Below, one piece after another: positions 1-10,934 of a DNA stretch of 64,000 nt (positions are counted from its first letter, which is position 1; the number at the start of each line of letters is the position of its first letter). Under the pieces are notes generated by a model. The model saw nothing but the letters and a program-made list of their open reading frames with translations, made no database searches and was not told where the DNA came from. Source of the DNA: an uncultured Alphaproteobacteria bacterium (lineage in GTDB: Bacteria > Pseudomonadota > Alphaproteobacteria > RF32 > CAG-239); assembly GCA_944393715.1 (NCBI GenBank), contig CALYBB010000001.1, positions 9,609 through 73,608 of the forward strand, given 5' to 3'. Position numbers and translations under genes: made by a program.

Positions 1-272
1 CCATCTTTATTAATGAGAACAGCCGCATTCTTGTCAAAGCGGATAACCGATCCGTCTTTGCGTCTGATGTCTGAAGCCGTCCGAACAATCACAGCTTTAT
101 GAACATCACCTTTCTTCACACGACCCTTTGGAATCGCATCCTTAACGGACACGACGATCACATCGCCGACGGAAGCGTGCATTCTCTTGGATCCGCCAAG
201 AACTTTAATGCACTGCACCTGACGAGCGCCAGAATTGTCGGCGACATCAAGGTTGGTTTGCATCTGTATCAT
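1..272 (-). CDS. rplN: 50S ribosomal protein L14 (3' end cut by window edge)
   Basis: Reverse-complement translation from ATG at 272-270 reads [65 protein letters not shown], a canonical L14 N-terminus. It is absent from the ORF track because no stop lies inside the window. It follows rpsQ as in the S10/spc cluster. Confidence 0.93.
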   Translation of the reverse strand, partial: MIQMQTNLDVADNSGARQVQCIKVLGGSKRMHASVGDVIVVSVKDAIPKGRVKKGDVHKAVIVRTASDIRRKDGSVIRFDKNAAVLINKD

Positions 273-290
273 TTTCTAATTCCTTTTCTC

Positions 291-527
291 TTAGGCGTTA
301 TCAACGAGTACAGTCCACGTTTTAGTCTTCGATTTCGGTGCGCATTCTTCAATGCGGACAACATCGCCGACTTTGAACTGATTGTTTTCATCATGAGCGG
401 CATACTTTTTGCTCTTCTTGATGAATTTTTTATAAACCGGATGCATAACCTGACGTTCTACACTAACCACGACGGTTTTATCCTGTTTATCACTAACAAC
501 AACACCTTGAAGAATTCTTTTAGGCAT
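291..527 (-). CDS. rpsQ: 30S ribosomal protein S17
   Basis: 78-aa ORF reading [25 protein letters not shown]...; S17-like and located between rpmC and rplN. Confidence 0.95.
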   Translation of the reverse strand: MPKRILQGVVVSDKQDKTVVVSVERQVMHPVYKKFIKKSKKYAAHDENNQFKVGDVVRIEECAPKSKTKTWTVLVDNA

Positions 528-543
528 AAGTTTTCTCCTTCAA

Positions 544-741
544 TTAATTCTTCTCTTTACGCTCACTGATGAGCGTGTTGATTTTGGCTATTTCTTTACG
601 GACCTTTGCCAGCTGGGCTGTATTTTGCAATTGGCCTGTAGATTGTTGAACCCGCAAATTAAACTGCTCTTTTTTGCACTCCAGCAGCTTAGCCTGCAAT
701 TCGTCCAAACTCATAGCGCGAAGATCTTTTGTTTTCACCAT
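544..741 (-). CDS. rpmC: 50S ribosomal protein L29
   Basis: 65-aa helical ORF (LRAMSLDELQAKLLECKKEQFNLRVQ). It has the canonical position after rplP and a 1-nt overlap with the rplP stop. Confidence 0.93.
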   Translation of the reverse strand: MVKTKDLRAMSLDELQAKLLECKKEQFNLRVQQSTGQLQNTAQLAKVRKEIAKINTLISERKEKN

Positions 742-1169
742 TATTCTGCTCCTAGTTCCGAATTAAGTTTTTTCACAAACTTGGTCTTAATCGGCAACTT
801 CGCGGCACCAAGAGCCAAAGCCTGACGAGCCGTAGCCTCATCAATCCCGCCGCATTCAAACAAAATACGGCCGGGTTTCACTCTGGCTACCCAGAACTCG
901 ACAGAACCTTTACCTTTACCCATACGAACCTCGGCCGGTTTATCCGACACCGGAACGTCCGGAAAAATTCTGATCCACAATTGCCCGAGTCTTTTCATCT
1001 CACGGGTAATCGCACGACGAGCCGCCTCAATCTGGCGTGCTGTAATACGCTCTGGCGTCAACGCTTTCAGCCCGTATGAACCAAAATTCAATTCTGATCC
1101 GCCCTTGGCCAGACCGTGAATACGGCCCTTATGCTGTTTGCGGAATTTCAATCTTTTTGGACTTAACAT
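741..1169 (-). CDS. rplP: 50S ribosomal protein L16
   Basis: 142 aa, with the L16 signature N-terminus [16 protein letters not shown]. Confidence 0.96.
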   Translation of the reverse strand: MLSPKRLKFRKQHKGRIHGLAKGGSELNFGSYGLKALTPERITARQIEAARRAITREMKRLGQLWIRIFPDVPVSDKPAEVRMGKGKGSVEFWVARVKPGRILFECGGIDEATARQALALGAAKLPIKTKFVKKLNSELGAE

Positions 1170-1182
1170 TTTTATTCACCCA

Positions 1183-1851
1183 TTATTTCTGTTCAGCCAA
1201 CTTCTTGTCCTGCGCCATCGGATCATGAGCCATAATTTCACCCTTATAGATCCAAACTTTAACCCCGCAGGCTCCATAAGTCGTATGAGCGGTTGAGGTC
1301 GCATAATCAATATCGGCACGCAACGTATGCAAAGGCACCCGTCCTTCACGGTAATGCTCGGTTCTGGCAATTTCCGCGCCGCCCAAACGTCCCGAACAAG
1401 CAACCTTAATGCCTTCAGCACCAAGACGCAAAGCCGACTGCATAACACGTTTCATCGCACGACGAAAAGCAACACGGCGTTCCAACTGCTGAGCAACACT
1501 GTCTGCCACCAATTGCGCATCCAACTCAGGTTTCCTTACTTCCAGAATGTTTAATTGAACCTCTGAATCAGTCATCTTCTGGATTTCTTTTCTCAAAACC
1601 TCAATATCCTGACCCTTCTTGCCAATAACAACACCCGGTCTTGCAGAATGAATTGTTACTCTGGCCTTCTTGGCTGGACGCTCAATAACGATCTTGCTCA
1701 CACCGGCCTGAGCCAATTTCTCTTTCAAGAATTCTTTAATTTTAACATCTTCGTGAAGATAATCCGCATACTTGTCGTCGGCATACCACCGAGAATCCCA
1801 AGTGCGGTTAACACCTAAACGAAGACTGGTAGGATTTACTTTTTGTCCCAT
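1183..1851 (-). CDS. rpsC: 30S ribosomal protein S3
   Basis: ORF 1183-1878 trimmed to [13 protein letters not shown] (ATG at 1851), the canonical S3 start. This start lies just downstream of the rplV stop at 1856. Confidence 0.95.
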   Translation of the reverse strand: MGQKVNPTSLRLGVNRTWDSRWYADDKYADYLHEDVKIKEFLKEKLAQAGVSKIVIERPAKKARVTIHSARPGVVIGKKGQDIEVLRKEIQKMTDSEVQLNILEVRKPELDAQLVADSVAQQLERRVAFRRAMKRVMQSALRLGAEGIKVACSGRLGGAEIARTEHYREGRVPLHTLRADIDYATSTAHTTYGACGVKVWIYKGEIMAHDPMAQDKKLAEQK

Positions 1852-1855
1852 TAGA

Positions 1856-2233
1856 TTACTCCCCGCGCTCTGCAACAATAACGGTCAAATTAGAAAAGGG
1901 CTTCAAAACTCTAGCACCCCTTCCGCGACCGCGCGCGTGCATACGTTTCATAACTAAGCCTTTCCCGACAAAAGCTGCCTTAACAAACAACTTGTCGATA
2001 TTCAGCTGGTGATTATTTTCCGCATTGGCAATTGCAGACTGTAGCACAGCCAAAGCGGTCTTAGCGATTCTTTTCTTTGAAAAGCTGAGCTCGGCAACGG
2101 CTTTCGCTGCATCCAAACCACGAATGGACTGCGCAACCAAATTCAGCTTGCGCGGAGAGGTGCGAATAGAATAGCAAACGGCCAAAGCCTCGTTTGCCCC
2201 TACTCTTCTGGTGCTTTTAGCTTTACTCATCAT
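1856..2233 (-). CDS. rplV: 50S ribosomal protein L22
   Basis: 125 aa; [14 protein letters not shown] is L22-like. Located between rpsS and rpsC. Confidence 0.93.
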   Translation of the reverse strand: MMSKAKSTRRVGANEALAVCYSIRTSPRKLNLVAQSIRGLDAAKAVAELSFSKKRIAKTALAVLQSAIANAENNHQLNIDKLFVKAAFVGKGLVMKRMHARGRGRGARVLKPFSNLTVIVAERGE

Positions 2234-2511
2234 TAACCTCTCTTAGCTTTCTTGTCTGCGGCATGACCGTAAAAAGTACGAGTCGGCGCAAACTCACCGA
2301 ATTTGTGACCAATCATATCCTCGGTAACCAATACCGGAATAAATTTGTGACCATTATGCACGCCAAACGTCAACCCGACAAACTGCGGCAGCATTGTCGA
2401 ACGGCGTGACCATATTTTAATCACTTCATTGCGCTTTGAAGCCTTGGCAGCTTCAGCTTTTTTCAGAAGATAGCCATCAACAAACGGCCCTTTCCATACG
2501 GAACGTGTCAT
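2233..2511 (-). CDS. rpsS: 30S ribosomal protein S19
   Basis: 92 aa; [12 protein letters not shown]...HNGHKFIPV is typical of S19. Confidence 0.96.
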   Translation of the reverse strand: MTRSVWKGPFVDGYLLKKAEAAKASKRNEVIKIWSRRSTMLPQFVGLTFGVHNGHKFIPVLVTEDMIGHKFGEFAPTRTFYGHAADKKAKRG

Positions 2512-2523
2512 GAGCGTTTCTCC

Positions 2524-3360
2524 TTATTTCTTTTTGTTTTCATGACGGCTTCTCAAAATGAACTTATCCGTCTTCTTGTTATTACGAGTCTTAGCACCCT
2601 TCGTCGGCTTGCCCCACGGCGTAACCGGATGACGTCCGCCCGAAGTGCGTCCTTCACCACCACCATGCGGGTGATCAACTGGGTTCATCGCAACACCGCG
2701 CGATACCGGACGATTACCCAACCAGCGATTACGACCGGCCTTGCCGAGCGATCTGTTTTGGTTGTCAGGATTTGAAACCGCACCAACTGTCGCCAAACAC
2801 TCTTCGCGAACAATTCGCAACTCACCGGAGCTCAGCTTCAACTGGGCATAACCGGCATCTTTACCGACTAATTGAGCATAGCACCCTGCAGAACGAACCA
2901 ACTGACCGCCTTTTCCGGCCTTAAGTTCGACATTGTGAATAATCGTACCGACCGGCATATTTTTCAAAGGCATGGCGTTGCCCGGTTTAATATCAGCCTT
3001 TTCCGAAGAAATAACTTTATCGCCGGCTTTCAATCTCTGCGGAGCCAGAATATAAGCCTTCTCGCCGTCTTTATAGCTGATCAACGCAATAAAAGCCGAC
3101 CGATTCGGATCATATTCGATTCTCTCAACTGTTGCCTCTACATCAAATTTTCTGCGTTTGAAGTCAATCACGCGCAATTTGCGTTTATGACCGCCACCAA
3201 TCCTGCGACTGGTAACATGACCAAAATTATCGCGACCGCCGGTTTTCGTCAAACCAATCGTCAACGATTTTTCAGGCTTTCCTTTGTACAGCTCACTTCT
3301 GTCTACGATAACGAGCTGACGAAGTCCAGGAGATGTGGGCTTATAATTTTTCAATGCCAT
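2524..3360 (-). CDS. rplB: 50S ribosomal protein L2
   Basis: 278 aa with the L2 signature [21 protein letters not shown]. Confidence 0.97.
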   Translation of the reverse strand: MALKNYKPTSPGLRQLVIVDRSELYKGKPEKSLTIGLTKTGGRDNFGHVTSRRIGGGHKRKLRVIDFKRRKFDVEATVERIEYDPNRSAFIALISYKDGEKAYILAPQRLKAGDKVISSEKADIKPGNAMPLKNMPVGTIIHNVELKAGKGGQLVRSAGCYAQLVGKDAGYAQLKLSSGELRIVREECLATVGAVSNPDNQNRSLGKAGRNRWLGNRPVSRGVAMNPVDHPHGGGEGRTSGGRHPVTPWGKPTKGAKTRNNKKTDKFILRSRHENKKK

Positions 3361-3363
3361 TTT

Positions 3364-3681
3364 CTAAATCCCTGTAGTAACATCAATGTTTTGACCTTCG
3401 GCAAGAGTAACAACGGCCTTTTTATAATCGGAACGCTGCCCGATACGACCGCGGAAAACTTTTTCCTTAGCGTTTGTACGAATTGTATTCACTTTGTTTA
3501 CTTTGACATTAAAGATTGCCTCAACAGCAGCCTTAACCTCGTCTTTATTGGCAGACAAAGGAACGATAAATGTAACCTTGCCATTTTCAGAAGACAGCAT
3601 AGACTTCTCGGTAATAACCGGACGAACCAGCGTGTCATACATTTTGGCTGTTACATTGTTTGTTTTCTTAGACTTACTCAT
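3364..3681 (-). CDS. rplW: 50S ribosomal protein L23
   Basis: ORF 3364-3702 trimmed to MSKSKK (ATG at 3681), which forms an ATGA overlap with the rplD stop. [10 protein letters not shown] is L23-like. Confidence 0.9.
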   Translation of the reverse strand: MSKSKKTNNVTAKMYDTLVRPVITEKSMLSSENGKVTFIVPLSANKDEVKAAVEAIFNVKVNKVNTIRTNAKEKVFRGRIGQRSDYKKAVVTLAEGQNIDVTTGI

Positions 3682-4307
3682 TTCAATCTTTCTCCCAAGC
3701 AAACAACCGCATCTTTCGTTAAGACCAATTTTTCTTTTCTCAAGATGTCATACACGTTAGCACCGATGGTCGGCAAAATATCAACACCGACAATATTGCG
3801 TGAAGCCAGCGCGAAATTGGCATCAACTTCTTTGCCATCAATAAACAAACTGTTTGTCAAATTCAAGGCTTCCAGCTTGTTTTTGAGATCTTTGGTCTTC
3901 GGCTGAGCCAGCTTGGCCTCGTCGATAATAACCAAATTACCCTCTTTGGCTTTAGCCGACAAAGCGGTCTTCAGGCCGAGTTTTCTGAACTTCTTGGTCA
4001 AATCATGCGAATGATCACGAACAACCGGACCAAAAACCACACCGCCCTTACGGAACTGCGTGCCTTTGCGTGAACCCTGACGAGCACGACCGCCGCCTTT
4101 CTGCTTGAAAGGTTTGGCAGGGGTCAAGGCAACTTCCGAACGGCCTTTGGTCTTGTGGGTTCCGGCCTGTAGTCTGGCCAACTGCCAAACCTCGACGCGG
4201 TGCAGGATATCGGCACAAACTTCCAGCCCGAAAATAGACTGGTCAAGTTCAACCGAACCAACAACCTTGTTTTCCAAATTTAAGATGTCCTGTTTCATTA
4301 TCTTCAT
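3678..4307 (-). CDS. rplD: 50S ribosomal protein L4
   Basis: 209 aa; [12 protein letters not shown] is an L4 motif. Canonical position. Confidence 0.93.
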   Translation of the reverse strand: MKIMKQDILNLENKVVGSVELDQSIFGLEVCADILHRVEVWQLARLQAGTHKTKGRSEVALTPAKPFKQKGGGRARQGSRKGTQFRKGGVVFGPVVRDHSHDLTKKFRKLGLKTALSAKAKEGNLVIIDEAKLAQPKTKDLKNKLEALNLTNSLFIDGKEVDANFALASRNIVGVDILPTIGANVYDILRKEKLVLTKDAVVCLGERLK

Positions 4308-4318
4308 CCTTATAACTT

Positions 4319-5047
4319 TTATGCATTCTCAGCCGGAGTTTCAGCTTCGGCTTTAGCTGCAACAGGTTCATCAACTTTAATCAAACCGGCCGGCATCGGC
4401 AATTTAACCGAAGAAGATTTCTTAACGGCATCGGTAATATAAACCCAGCTGTTTTCGCTACCGGGAACACCACCCTTAACCATAATCAATCCCTTATCGG
4501 CATTAACCGAAACAACCTTCAGGTTCTGAACGGTAACCCGTTCATCGCCCAAATGTCCGGCCATCTTTTTGCCTTTAAATACCTTACCGGGATCCTGTCT
4601 TTGTCCTGTAGAACCATGAGAGCGGTGCGAAATTGATACACCGTGCGTAGCTTCCAAACCGGCAAAGTTGTGGCGTTTCATAACGCCGGCAAAACCTTTA
4701 CCGATTGATGTTCCGCAAACATCAACAAACTGCCCCGGAACAAAATGTTCTGCAGATAATTTATCGCCGACCGAAAGCAGGCAGTCTTCCGAAACGCGGA
4801 ATTCAGCCAGTTTCTTCTTCGGCTCAACATTAGCCTTTGCAAAATATCCCTTCAGCGGTTTCGACAGATTCTTTGCTTTAACGTTGCCACAGCCCAGTTG
4901 AACCGACGTATACCCGTCTTTTTCCTGAGTCTTTACCGCAACAACTTCCAAGCCGTCAATCTGCAAAACCGTAACCGGCACATGAGTACCGTCAACATCA
5001 AAAATGCGGGACATTCCAAGTTTTTTTGCAATCAGACCTGTACGCAT
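4319..5047 (-). CDS. rplC: 50S ribosomal protein L3
   Basis: 242 aa with the L3 N-terminus [17 protein letters not shown]. Confidence 0.95.
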   Translation of the reverse strand: MRTGLIAKKLGMSRIFDVDGTHVPVTVLQIDGLEVVAVKTQEKDGYTSVQLGCGNVKAKNLSKPLKGYFAKANVEPKKKLAEFRVSEDCLLSVGDKLSAEHFVPGQFVDVCGTSIGKGFAGVMKRHNFAGLEATHGVSISHRSHGSTGQRQDPGKVFKGKKMAGHLGDERVTVQNLKVVSVNADKGLIMVKGGVPGSENSWVYITDAVKKSSSVKLPMPAGLIKVDEPVAAKAEAETPAENA

Positions 5048-5110
5048 TATTAGTTTTTCCTTTTCTTAATAGGTTGACCTGACCATATACTCTTCAAGCC
5101 AACATTAACA

Positions 5111-5419
5111 TTATAACTTAATTTCAACATTAACGCCGGCAGCCAGATCAAGCTTCATCAAAGCATCAACCGTTTGCGGCGTCGGATCAACAATATCCAG
5201 AAGTCTTTTGTGAGTACGGATTTCAAACTGCTCGCGCGACTTCTTGTTAACGTGCGGCGAACGATTCACCGTAAACTTTTCGATTCTGGTCGGCAGAGGG
5301 ATCGGTCCTCTGACGTTGGCGCCCGTTCTTTTGGCCGTATGGACAATTTCTTTGGTCGAAAGATCCAACAGACGATGGTCAAAAGCTTTCAGGCGAATTC
5401 TGATATTTTGTGTATCCAT
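5111..5419 (-). CDS. rpsJ: 30S ribosomal protein S10
   Basis: [19 protein letters not shown] matches the S10 N-terminus. The ORF track extends to a GTG at 5428 (MFKM...), so the start is ambiguous between 5419 and 5428. Confidence 0.93.
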   Translation of the reverse strand: MDTQNIRIRLKAFDHRLLDLSTKEIVHTAKRTGANVRGPIPLPTRIEKFTVNRSPHVNKKSREQFEIRTHKRLLDIVDPTPQTVDALMKLDLAAGVNVEIKL

Positions 5420-5641
5420 CTTAAACACTTTTCCTTATAACTAGACGGCATAACCTCTACCAATTTAGAAGCCTGCCATCTAAAAGTTAAACCTTATGCA
5501 GAGCCTTGCAATCTTATGTTTTTCGCTCGTCCGTTAGTCTACCGAGCGCCCCGCAAAGCGGAAAGATCCAAGGGATGCGTTATGTCTTATATCCCAAAGG
5601 CTGCCGGCTTTTAAAAGCTTCAACCCCTTTGATACGCGCCC

Positions 5642-5698
5642 CTTGTAACATATCACAAACCAAATTGCAAGTAAAAAAAGCGAAAAAAATGAAAAAAA
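5642..5698 (-). promoter_or_regulatory. Candidate S10-operon promoter with A-tract UP-like element
   Basis: On the minus strand there is a TTGCAA -35 (5670-5665), a 17-nt spacer and a TACAAG -10 (5647-5642), followed by the GC-rich discriminator GGGGCGCG. Immediately upstream are three 7-nt T-runs (A-runs on the plus strand at 5673-79, 5683-89 and 5692-98) spaced 10 and 9 nt apart. The -10 is weak, and a second candidate (TTGACT-N18-TAATAT) lies at 5776-5747. Confidence 0.35.
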
Positions 5699-5796
5699 TT
5701 TGCTTTTTTGATTTTGGCAAACCGAGACTCAGACTCTGTTTGAGTCATATTAGACTTTTTGTCTAAACCGAGTCAACTTATCAATACTCCATAAAA

Positions 5797-5822
5797 AAAG
5801 AGAGCTGAAGCTCTCTTTTTTT
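5797..5822 (-). terminator. Rho-independent terminator after ftsH
   Basis: 9-bp stem AAAGAGAGC/GCTCTCTTT with loop TGAA, directly after the ftsH stop. It is flanked by T/A runs on both sides. Confidence 0.7.
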
Positions 5823-7686
5823 ACAATTCCGGCAACGACGCCTGCGTTCGCTTTTCCGGCGCCACCGGTGCGTCCGTGTCCTTATTGATCAGCTTGCCGG
5901 CAAGCAGATCTTTAATTTCTTCACCGGTCAAGGTTTCGTATTCTATCAGTGCCTCGGACAATTTTTCCCAATCCGCCTGATGCTCTTTCAACAACGCCGT
6001 CGCATTTTTATAAGCGTTCATCACCAAACCTTTGATCTCCTCATCCACCAAACGGGCGGTTTCCTCGCTCATATTGCGGCTTTGCGTAACCGATTTACCC
6101 AAGAAAACCTCACCGGTATTTTCGGCGTACAAAACCGGACCCAGCTTATCGCTCATACCCCATTCGGTCACCATTGAACGCGCCAAATTGGTTGCCGCGG
6201 CAATATCCGACGATGCTCCCGAGGTAATTTTGGCAGGGCCAAACTTCAACTCTTCAGCCACCCTGCCGCCCATCATAATAATCAGGCGTGACAACATTTT
6301 GGTCTTGGAATACGAGTACTGATCTTTTTCTGGTAACTGTTGCACCATACCCAACGCCCGCCCGCGCGGAATAATCGTCGCCTTGTGGATTGGATCGGTT
6401 TCCTCGACAAACAACGAGCAAATCGCATGTCCGGCCTCATGATAAGCCGTCAGCTTTTTCTCGTTCTCATCCATCGCCATTGACTTGCGCTCCGCCCCCA
6501 TCAAGACCTTGTCTTTGGCCTCGTCAAAGTCCTTTGAGGTTACCTTGGTTTTGTTTTTGCGCGCCGCCAAAAGCGCCGCCTCATTAACAAGATTGGCCAG
6601 ATCCGCACCCGAAAACCCCGGCGTGCCGCGAGCAATAACCGACAAATTGACATCTCTTGCCAAAGGCACTTTTTTGACATGCACTTTTAAAATTTCCTCG
6701 CGGCCTTTTTTGTCCGGATTCGTCACCGTTACCTGCCGGTCGAACCTCCCCGGACGCAGCAACGCCGGATCCAAAACATCCGGCCGATTAGTCGCCGCAA
6801 TTAAAATAACGTTTTCTTTGTCATCAAAGCCATCCATCTCGACCAAAAGCTGGTTAAGCGTCTGTTCCCGCTCGTCATTGCCGCCGCCCAAACCGGCGCC
6901 GCGATGTCGTCCCACGGCATCAATTTCATCAATAAACAACAAGCACGGTGCATTTTTCTTTGCCTGAGCAAACATATCGCGCACCCTTGAAGCACCGACA
7001 CCGACAAACATCTCGACAAAGTCCGACCCCGAGATCGAAAAGAACGGCACATCAGCCTCACCGGCCACCGCTTTGGCCAACAAAGTCTTGCCGGTTCCCG
7101 GAGGACCTACCATCAACACACCCCGCGGAATCTTGCCGCCCAACCGCTGAAACTTGGCCGGATCTTTCAAAAATTCAATAATTTCTTCCAGCTCTTGTTT
7201 AGCCTCATCGGCACCGGCCACATCGGCAAAAGTCACCTTTTTGTTATTCTCAATCAGCCGCGCCCGTGATTTACCAAAACTCAACGCCTTGTTGTTACCG
7301 GAATTGGCCTGCCGCATAAAGAAAATCCACACCCCGATCAATAACAACATCGGAAACCACGAAATAAAAATTCCCCACAAATTATTGCTGGTGTTATCCT
7401 CGGGTGCCGCCGTTACTTTAACATCGTTCTGGCGCAAATTCTCAACCATTGTCGGATCATATGGCGCATAGGTATAAAACTTTTTGCCGTCGGTATAGGT
7501 TCCGTTGATACTGGCGCCGCTGATGACCACCTCAGCAATCTGCTTGCTTTCAACCCGATCCATAAACTCCGAAAATGCCAGTTTTTCTGCGCCGGCCTGC
7601 ACCGGATCACCTCCCCACAAACTGACAAACAAAGATAATGCTGCAAAAACCCCCAGCCAAATAAAAAAGTTCTTTCCCATTCCCAT
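5821..7686 (-). CDS. ftsH: ATP-dependent zinc metalloprotease FtsH
   Basis: Two N-terminal TM helices, Walker A GPPGTGKT, an AAA module and the zinc site HEAGH. ORF trimmed from 7722 to MGMGKNFF (ATG at 7686), which has an AAGGA RBS 8 nt upstream. Confidence 0.96.
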   Translation of the reverse strand: MGMGKNFFIWLGVFAALSLFVSLWGGDPVQAGAEKLAFSEFMDRVESKQIAEVVISGASINGTYTDGKKFYTYAPYDPTMVENLRQNDVKVTAAPEDNTSNNLWGIFISWFPMLLLIGVWIFFMRQANSGNNKALSFGKSRARLIENNKKVTFADVAGADEAKQELEEIIEFLKDPAKFQRLGGKIPRGVLMVGPPGTGKTLLAKAVAGEADVPFFSISGSDFVEMFVGVGASRVRDMFAQAKKNAPCLLFIDEIDAVGRHRGAGLGGGNDEREQTLNQLLVEMDGFDDKENVILIAATNRPDVLDPALLRPGRFDRQVTVTNPDKKGREEILKVHVKKVPLARDVNLSVIARGTPGFSGADLANLVNEAALLAARKNKTKVTSKDFDEAKDKVLMGAERKSMAMDENEKKLTAYHEAGHAICSLFVEETDPIHKATIIPRGRALGMVQQLPEKDQYSYSKTKMLSRLIIMMGGRVAEELKFGPAKITSGASSDIAAATNLARSMVTEWGMSDKLGPVLYAENTGEVFLGKSVTQSRNMSEETARLVDEEIKGLVMNAYKNATALLKEHQADWEKLSEALIEYETLTGEEIKDLLAGKLINKDTDAPVAPEKRTQASLPEL

Positions 7687-7777
7687 GATATGATCCTTAA
7701 TTTCACAAAAATAACACTTCACTTATATATAATTTTTTTATTTGCAAAACACAAGCTTTTGTTTTTTTTCTTAAACC

Positions 7778-7810
7778 AAAAAAAGCTGCCCTCCTGCGAG
7801 GGCAGCTTTT
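7778..7810 (-). terminator. Rho-independent terminator after the DsbA-like gene
   Basis: 10-bp stem AGCTGCCCTC/GAGGGCAGCT with loop CTGC (7784-7807). On the minus strand it is followed by a run of 7 T. Confidence 0.7.
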
Positions 7811-7833
7811 CTTCAATGGCCTTCCAGCTATAC

Positions 7834-8559
7834 TTACTTGGCAGCGTCAATCGCTTCCTGAATAACCGGAGCATCCAAAGTCTGCAAAATCTTGTTATTA
7901 AAGACCATGGTCGGAACACCGCTGACTTGAATTTCCGCAGACATATCCGAAGCAGCCTTCATCGTATTGCTGACCTTATCTGACTTCATATCCTCTTTCA
8001 GCTTTACCATATCCAATCCCAAAGCTGTCAAGGCCTCATCAATCTTTGCTTCAGTTAAGCCGCCTTTAATCTCAAAAATTGCGGAATAAGCTTCAGCAAA
8101 TTTACCCTGCTCGGAAGCCGCCAAAGATGCTTGCGCGGCATAAATTGATGCTTTTGACATAAAAGCCAAGGGCTTGGCAACAACTTTAACATCCGGATTA
8201 GCAGCAATAACTTCCTTCAAGACCGGATAAAGCCTATGGCAGAATGAGCAGGAATAATCAAAAAATTCAACCAAGACCAATTTACCGTCCGGATTACCGA
8301 TAACGCCATCATCGGCACGATTATACAATTCATCGGCATTAGCCTTAATCTTTTCTTCAATTTGGCGCTCGGCTTCGGCTCTCTGTTTTTCTTCAGCAGC
8401 CTGCAAAGCACTAAAAATCATCTCGGGTTTTTCGATCAAAGCAGCTTCAACCACCGCGGTATTGTCATTTGATTTGCAGCTGATAATGCTCACAACCAAT
8501 GCGGCAACTGCCACGACCAAAGCTGCCAAAGACACATAAACAGCATTAATGTTTTTCAT
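7834..8559 (-). CDS. DsbA-family thiol:disulfide oxidoreductase, probable lipoprotein or membrane-anchored
   Basis: Thioredoxin-fold CxxC motif (FFDYSCSFCHRL). N-terminal hydrophobic segment ending IISC. Trimmed to MKNINAV (ATG at 8559), which has an AAGGA RBS. Confidence 0.85.
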   Translation of the reverse strand: MKNINAVYVSLAALVVAVAALVVSIISCKSNDNTAVVEAALIEKPEMIFSALQAAEEKQRAEAERQIEEKIKANADELYNRADDGVIGNPDGKLVLVEFFDYSCSFCHRLYPVLKEVIAANPDVKVVAKPLAFMSKASIYAAQASLAASEQGKFAEAYSAIFEIKGGLTEAKIDEALTALGLDMVKLKEDMKSDKVSNTMKAASDMSAEIQVSGVPTMVFNNKILQTLDAPVIQEAIDAAK

Positions 8560-8718
8560 GTTATCATCCTTAATTAAATTATAATATTTTTTCAAACCGC
8601 ATTCATATTACTCAATCAAAATATTATTTACAAGTCAAAAATAAATATTATTGATAATCTCAAAAATATAGGTCATAAATAAGACTGAAAAATAAAAAAA
8701 CAACAGAGGATAAACACA

Positions 8719-9378
8719 ATGTTTCATTTGCAGCTTTCTGTGTTTTCTAAAACAAAAACCCTTGAAGCGGATATTGACGACTTTCACAACAAATTGATTA
8801 ACGCCTCCATGACTTTTGGCAAAGCCGTTGACATTTACCTAAAGGAAGGCAAAAGTGAAAATTTCAAAAAAGCCTCTCGCCGGATAAAAAAAATCGAACA
8901 CGAAGCCGACGTCTTGCGTCGCAGCATTGAAAATCAACTCTACAGCCATAATTTGCTGCCGGACCTGCGCGCCGATGTTTTGCAGCTGACCGAAAATCTT
9001 GACCGCATTATTAACAAATTTGACGAAGCGACTTATATGTTTTACGTTGAGCAACCGGACATCCCCGATGAATATCACAACAATATTCGAGAGCTCGGAC
9101 GCCTAAGCGCTGACTGCGCCGAAAACATGGGCAAAGCGTCAAGGTCTTTTTTCCGCGATTTAAGCTCAGTGCGTGATTATTCACAAAAAGTCTATTTCAT
9201 TGAACACGAATCAGATTTATGCTCGCGTCAGCTTCTGGAAAAAGTATTTGATTCCGCTTTGCCTTTGGCCAACAAACTGCAACTCAAACAATTTATCAAC
9301 GAAATAGCCGATATTGCCGACACTGCCGAAGACTTTATCGACGAATTGCTGATTTTTACCATTAAACGGAGCATCTGA
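8719..9378 (+). CDS. DUF47 / PhoU-like Pit accessory protein
   Basis: 219-aa helical protein, translationally coupled (TGATG) to a PiT-family transporter, which is the usual DUF47-Pit pairing. GAGGA RBS. Confidence 0.75.
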   Translation: MFHLQLSVFSKTKTLEADIDDFHNKLINASMTFGKAVDIYLKEGKSENFKKASRRIKKIEHEADVLRRSIENQLYSHNLLPDLRADVLQLTENLDRIINKFDEATYMFYVEQPDIPDEYHNNIRELGRLSADCAENMGKASRSFFRDLSSVRDYSQKVYFIEHESDLCSRQLLEKVFDSALPLANKLQLKQFINEIADIADTAEDFIDELLIFTIKRSI

Positions 9379-10427
9379 TGGATATATCCTTTTGGTTTTA
9401 CCTAAGCTCCGGTTTGTTTCTGGGCTGGTCTTTAGGTGCTAGCGACGCCGCCAACATCTTCGGCACGGCTGTTGGCACCAAAATGGTCAAATTCCGCACT
9501 GCCGCAATCATTTCATCCCTCTTTATTACCATCGGCGCAGTTTATGCCGGTTCCGGTGCATCGCAGACTTTAGGCACCTTAGGCACAATCAATGCCTTAG
9601 CCGGTGCTTTCATGGCCGCGTTGGCAGCAGCCCTAACAATTTATTGGACAGTCAAACTTTCTTTGCCTGTTTCGACTTCACAAGCCATTGTCGGCGCCAT
9701 TATCGGCTGGAATCTCTTCGCAGGGAAACCGACGGATATAACCGTTTTGAGCAAAATCATCGGCACTTGGATTTTCTGCCCCGTCCTAGCGGGTCTGATT
9801 GCTATCTTGCTTTATTATTTGGTGCGTTTTATCATCCGCCACTGCCACATCTCCCTCATCCGACAAGACTGCTACACCCGTGTCGGATTAATTCTGGCTG
9901 GCGCTTTTGGGGCCTATGCTCTGGGAGCCAACAATATCGCCAATGTGATGGGTGTGTTTGTCTCCTCAAGCCCATTACAGGCGGTTGATTTTGGCTCGTT
10001 ATTTACCCTGTCGCCTACTCAGGTTTTATTTTTTATCGGCGGTATCGCCATCAGTGTCGGCGTATTTACCTATTCGCGGGGTCTGATGACCACCGTCGGC
10101 AACGGTATTATCCAAATGTCGCCGCTTATGGCATGGGTAGCCGTGGTTTCACAGGCTTTGGTACTGTTTCTTTTTGCCTCGCAAAACCTGCAGCATTTCT
10201 TAGACTCACACAATCTGCCGAGTTTTCCTCTGGTTCCGGTTTCGAGTTCACAAGCAATTATCGGCGCCGTTATGGGCATCGGCATACTAAAGGGGTGCAG
10301 CATCAACTGGGGTTTACTCGGTCGAATTGTCATCGGCTGGATTCTAACGCCGATTACCGCAGCTTTAGTCTGCTACATATCCCTCTTCTTCCTGCAAAAT
10401 GTCTTTAATTTGGAAGTCTGCCGATGA
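9378..10427 (+). CDS. pit: Inorganic phosphate transporter, PiT family
   Basis: 349-aa polytopic membrane protein with the PHO4 signature GASDAANIFGTAVGT near the N-terminus and a repeated half. Confidence 0.88.
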   Translation: MDISFWFYLSSGLFLGWSLGASDAANIFGTAVGTKMVKFRTAAIISSLFITIGAVYAGSGASQTLGTLGTINALAGAFMAALAAALTIYWTVKLSLPVSTSQAIVGAIIGWNLFAGKPTDITVLSKIIGTWIFCPVLAGLIAILLYYLVRFIIRHCHISLIRQDCYTRVGLILAGAFGAYALGANNIANVMGVFVSSSPLQAVDFGSLFTLSPTQVLFFIGGIAISVGVFTYSRGLMTTVGNGIIQMSPLMAWVAVVSQALVLFLFASQNLQHFLDSHNLPSFPLVPVSSSQAIIGAVMGIGILKGCSINWGLLGRIVIGWILTPITAALVCYISLFFLQNVFNLEVCR

Positions 10428-10864
10428 AAGCAACAATTCTCGCCATCGGCAAATGCAAAAAAAATTCACCTGAAGCTGCCATTATCAACGAATACATCAA
10501 ACGCTCCGGCTGGCAGATAGTCATTAAAGAGCAAGATAATTCTACACCCAAAGACGAAGCCGCTTTTTTGACCGCACATATTCCGCACGGCGCCAAAGTC
10601 ATTGTTTTGGACGAACGCGGCGAAAACATGAAATCAACTGAATTGGCAGCCAAAATCGCTGCGTGGCAGCTTGACGGTGTCTCGGAAATTTGTTTTTTAA
10701 TTGGCGGTGCCGACGGCCATCTGCCGGAAACTCGTGCCAAAGCAGATTTACTTTTGGCTTTTGGTCGCCAAACTTTACCACACATGCTGATGCGCGCAGT
10801 TTTAACCGAACAAATCTATCGCATTCAAACCATTATCGCGGGTCATCCGTATCATCGCGAATAA
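10424..10864 (+). CDS. rlmH: 23S rRNA (pseudouridine1915-N3)-methyltransferase RlmH
   Basis: 146-aa SPOUT protein ending ...LPHMLMRAVLTEQIYRIQTIIAGHPYHRE, typical of RlmH. ATGA overlap with the pit stop. Confidence 0.9.
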   Translation: MKATILAIGKCKKNSPEAAIINEYIKRSGWQIVIKEQDNSTPKDEAAFLTAHIPHGAKVIVLDERGENMKSTELAAKIAAWQLDGVSEICFLIGGADGHLPETRAKADLLLAFGRQTLPHMLMRAVLTEQIYRIQTIIAGHPYHRE

Positions 10865-10934
10865 TTCTGTTTGACTCTCCGCGCATTTTCGTCTATATTT
10901 GTCCGCAGAGAACAAATTTTTAACAATTACAACT

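Noticed and set aside
99-569. 156-aa plus-strand ORF over rplN/rpsQ.
   Set aside because: It is antisense to two canonical ribosomal protein genes and has no recognisable features.
2872-3906. 344-aa plus-strand ORF running antisense across rplB, rplW and part of rplD.
   Set aside because: Its triplets are in register with the codons of rplB and rplW (all low-end coordinates are 1 mod 3). In that register, antisense stops arise only from sense TTA/CTA/TCA codons, which these highly expressed genes avoid. The product is low-complexity (R/N/F/I-rich) with no motif, so the ORF is a codon-bias artefact.
5440-5475. Minus-strand string AATTGGTAGAGG resembling a tRNA D-arm just upstream of rpsJ.
   Set aside because: No acceptor stem, anticodon arm or GTTCRANNC T-loop can be built around it. 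It is most likely part of the rpsJ 5' leader.
9644-9988. 114-aa alternative-frame ORF inside pit, and the similar frames at 10133-10408 and 10405-10785.
   Set aside because: They are embedded in well-supported pit and rlmH genes, have Arg/His/Pro-rich nonsense composition and carry no signals.
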